Origin: a bacterium
GTDB lineage: Bacteria; UBA8248
NCBI GenBank assembly: GCA_965213685.1
Contig: CBDBZY010000029.1
Coordinates: 32,001-96,000 of the forward strand
Length of the DNA: 64,000 bases
Direction: 5' to 3'
The position numbers and the translations under genes are program-made. The notes under the pieces are model-generated. The model worked only from the letters and a program-made list of their open reading frames with translations. It searched no databases and had not been told where the DNA came from. Of the stretch, positions 61,596 to 64,000 are shown one piece after another. Every line of letters begins with the position of its first letter. Position 1 is the first letter of the stretch.

Positions 61596-62309
61596 CTACG
61601 CATCCTCAAGGACTTCCCCGTACATCCGGCGGATTTTCTCTAACATGAGGCCGAGCACCTGATCAACGCCCATGTCCGTCGTCCGTATCTCCACCGCGTC
61701 CTCGGCCTTGCGCAGCGGCGCCGCGCTCCTGCTCCTGTCCCTCTCGTCCCTGCGCCGCAAGTCTTCCCGAAGGCGCTCGGGGTCAAAATGAACGCCCCGC
61801 GCCTCCAGCTCGGCGAGACGCCGCTCGATTCGCACCTCCACCTCCGCATCGAGAAAGAACTTGAGCCTGGCGTCCGGGAAAACGACCGTGCCGATGTCGC
61901 GCCCGTCGATGACGGCGCCGCGCGCCCGCCCGAAGTTCCGCTGAAAATCCAGAAGCGCCTCCCGCACCTGCGGGATGGAGGAGACCAGCGAAGCCGCGTC
62001 GCTCACCGCCTCGTCCCGAAGCGCGCCGGTCACGTCCTCCCCGTCGAGAATGTTCCGCCAGGCCTCCCCCTCTTTCCGGCACGCGAAGCGCAACCCGCGC
62101 GCGATCCGGATGGCCTCGCCCTCGAAATCGTCCGGTTCGCCCCTGCGCAACATCCGGTAGCCCACCGCCCGGTACAACGCCCCGCTCTCGAGGTAGTCGA
62201 AGCCCAGCGCGTCCGCTATCGCCTTGGCCGCCGTGCTCTTGCCCGAGCCTGCGGGACCATCGACGGGAATGACGATGCCGGCGGACGCCCGGCGCAGCCC
62301 CCCGCTCAA
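61596..62309 (-). CDS. cmk: Cytidylate kinase
   Basis: DGPAGSGKST, SGALYRA, DGRDIGTVVFPDA and RDERDRSR..APL motifs. TTG start overlapping the tyrA stop. Confidence 0.95.
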   Translation of the reverse strand: MSGGLRRASAGIVIPVDGPAGSGKSTAAKAIADALGFDYLESGALYRAVGYRMLRRGEPDDFEGEAIRIARGLRFACRKEGEAWRNILDGEDVTGALRDEAVSDAASLVSSIPQVREALLDFQRNFGRARGAVIDGRDIGTVVFPDARLKFFLDAEVEVRIERRLAELEARGVHFDPERLREDLRRRDERDRSRSAAPLRKAEDAVEIRTTDMGVDQVLGLMLEKIRRMYGEVLEDA

Positions 62310-63166
62310 GCCCAGCCCTTTTCCCGCGCCCACTCGTCCCTGCCGTCTTTGGCCAGGCGAAACGCGCGCTCGAGCGACCCGGAATCTCCCCCCTCGAGGA
62401 AGCGGCGGAGGTCCGCCAGTTTTCCCTCGAACGTATCGAGCGAGCGCAGCAGCGCCTCCTGGTTGTCCTGGCATATCTCGCGCCACATCTCCGGGCCGGA
62501 GGACGCGATGCGGGAAAAATCGCGAAACCCGCCAGCCGCATAGGGAAGCCCCTCCCCCTCGAGGGCGGCGCCCATGATGGCGTAGGCCACCAGATGCGGG
62601 AGGTGGCTGATCTCGGCCATCACGCGATCGTGGGTCTGCGGGTCGAGGATATCCACCCGGGCGCCCACCCCCTCCCAAAGCGCGCGCAGGCGCTCGAGGG
62701 CCGCCGGGTCCGTCCGCTCCGTGGGCGTCAGAATGGTTTGATGCCCATCGAACAGGGAGGAAAAACTCGCCTCCACGCCCGACTTCTCGGCGCCGGCGAC
62801 GGGGTGGCTCGCCAGGAAGCGCACATCCCCCCAATCCATCTCCTCCACCGCCCGCACATAGGGTGCCTTCACGCTGCCCACATCGGTGAGAAGGGCGCCC
62901 GGGGCCATTTCGGGCAGAATCGCCTCCGTCACGCGCACCGCCGCCCGCACAGGGGTGCACACGACCACGAGGTCGGAGTCGCGCACCGCCTCGAGGTGGT
63001 CGGTCTCGAGGCGATCCACGACGCCGAGCGCAACCGCGCGCTCGAGATTGGCGAGGCTCCTTCCGGCGCCGATGAACCTGGAAGCGAGGCCCCTCTCCCG
63101 CGCCGCCCGGGCCAGCGAACCGCCGATGAGGCCCACGCCGATGATCGTCATCTGCTCGAAAAGCAC
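62306..63166 (-). CDS. tyrA: Prephenate/arogenate dehydrogenase
   Basis: GVGLIGGS, TDVGSVK, HPVAGAE, HD..MA.ISHLPH and GFRDFSRIA motifs. Confidence 0.93.
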   Translation of the reverse strand: MLFEQMTIIGVGLIGGSLARAARERGLASRFIGAGRSLANLERAVALGVVDRLETDHLEAVRDSDLVVVCTPVRAAVRVTEAILPEMAPGALLTDVGSVKAPYVRAVEEMDWGDVRFLASHPVAGAEKSGVEASFSSLFDGHQTILTPTERTDPAALERLRALWEGVGARVDILDPQTHDRVMAEISHLPHLVAYAIMGAALEGEGLPYAAGGFRDFSRIASSGPEMWREICQDNQEALLRSLDTFEGKLADLRRFLEGGDSGSLERAFRLAKDGRDEWAREKGWA

Positions 63167-63362
63167 TCGAAAATCCCTCTCTCCCCCAAAAGGCGACGCC
63201 ATCCCCTCCTGCGCGCCATTCCGGTGGTGCCCCCGCGCAGAATCCGGAAACGCTCCCGCAAGCCGCCGGCTCCCGCATGAAGACGCCGGGGGCACCGCGC
63301 GTTTCAGCGTGTCGCCATACCTATAAAATACATCACATAATAAATGTATATATTTGTTGTTA

Positions 63363-64000
63363 TTATATATTCAACACTTTTGACAGCGCGCGAACCATCT
63401 GTTCGTTCTCCTGCGGCGTCCCGATGGAAATCCGCACGTGCCGCGGAAAGCCATACCCCGCCACGGGCCGAACGATGACGCCCTCCCTGAGCAGCCCCTC
63501 ATACGCCCTCATCCCATCGCCCACCTCCACCATCAGGAAATTGCCCTGCGTGGGCACGAAGGGCAGCCCCATCGCCGCCAGCTCATACACGAAATACTCC
63601 CTGCCCTCGGCGTTCGCCGCCACCGTCCGCTCCACGTGCTCGACGTCTCCCAGGGCGGCTTGCGCGGCGGCCAGGGCGAGGGAATTGACGTTGAACGGCT
63701 CGCGAACGCTTTCCATCGCCTGGGCAACCTCCGCATCCGCCACGCCATAGCCGACCCGCAGGCCGGCCAGTCCGTAGGCCTTCGAGAACGTGCGCACGGC
63801 GATGAGGTTCGGGAATTCGGCCAGCATTTCCGTCGCGTCGGGATAATCCTCCAGGTGCGCGTAATGGCAATACGCCTCATCCACCGCCACGAGGGTGGCC
63901 GGGGGGATTTTTTCGAGAAACGCGCGGAGCGCCCTCCCGTTCACCGCCGTGCCCGTGGGGTTGTTGGGGTTCGCCAGGAAGACGATCTTCGTCTTCTCGC
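63363..64000 (-). CDS. hisC: Histidinol-phosphate aminotransferase, partial (start beyond window)
   Basis: ANPNNPTG, VDEAY and RTFSKAYGLAGLRVGY motifs. Confidence 0.93.
   Translation of the reverse strand, partial: EKTKIVFLANPNNPTGTAVNGRALRAFLEKIPPATLVAVDEAYCHYAHLEDYPDATEMLAEFPNLIAVRTFSKAYGLAGLRVGYGVADAEVAQAMESVREPFNVNSLALAAAQAALGDVEHVERTVAANAEGREYFVYELAAMGLPFVPTQGNFLMVEVGDGMRAYEGLLREGVIVRPVAGYGFPRHVRISIGTPQENEQMVRALSKVLNI

Noticed and set aside
61596-63278. 560-aa apparent TyrA-Cmk fusion
   Set aside because: The N-terminal part is an off-frame shadow of tyrA; the genes are separate with a 4-bp overlap.

Overview
High-GC bacterial chromosome segment made almost entirely of diderm housekeeping genes. 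It encodes lysine/arginine biosynthesis (argH-lptM-lysA-dapF, dapB, dapL), folK, panC, a split F0 ATP synthase operon followed by rex and tsaB, two acetolactate synthase large and two small subunits, psd-pssA, lptD, ugd-uxs-gmhA, purB-C-S-Q-L-F, mltD-bamD-sigma-pgsA-plsY, tRNA-Leu(CAA), ilvE, nadX, aroC-aroK-miaA, ihfB, rpsA, cmk, tyrA and hisC. Gene order looks Deltaproteobacteria/Nitrospinota-like (inference). I saw no transposase, integrase, cas gene or true CRISPR array. The best candidate for novelty is a 7Fe-type ferredoxin fused through a Pro/Ala linker and one TM helix to an unknown exported domain (8101-9069). Other unusual elements: an IHF/HU protein with an acidic tail ending in an SSB-like tip, a FYVE-like 8-Cys zinc finger upstream of the tRNA, a nested double acetolactate synthase with an altered substrate channel, a decayed SmaI/Cfr9I-type R-M cassette inside cmk-rpsA, a structured leader before ugd, and an ECF sigma/Spy cassette where dapA would be expected. 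Single-base insertions (TPR gene, purF three times, mltD three times) and a C31 tract are most likely sequencing or assembly errors. All product calls come from motif recognition by eye, not database searches.
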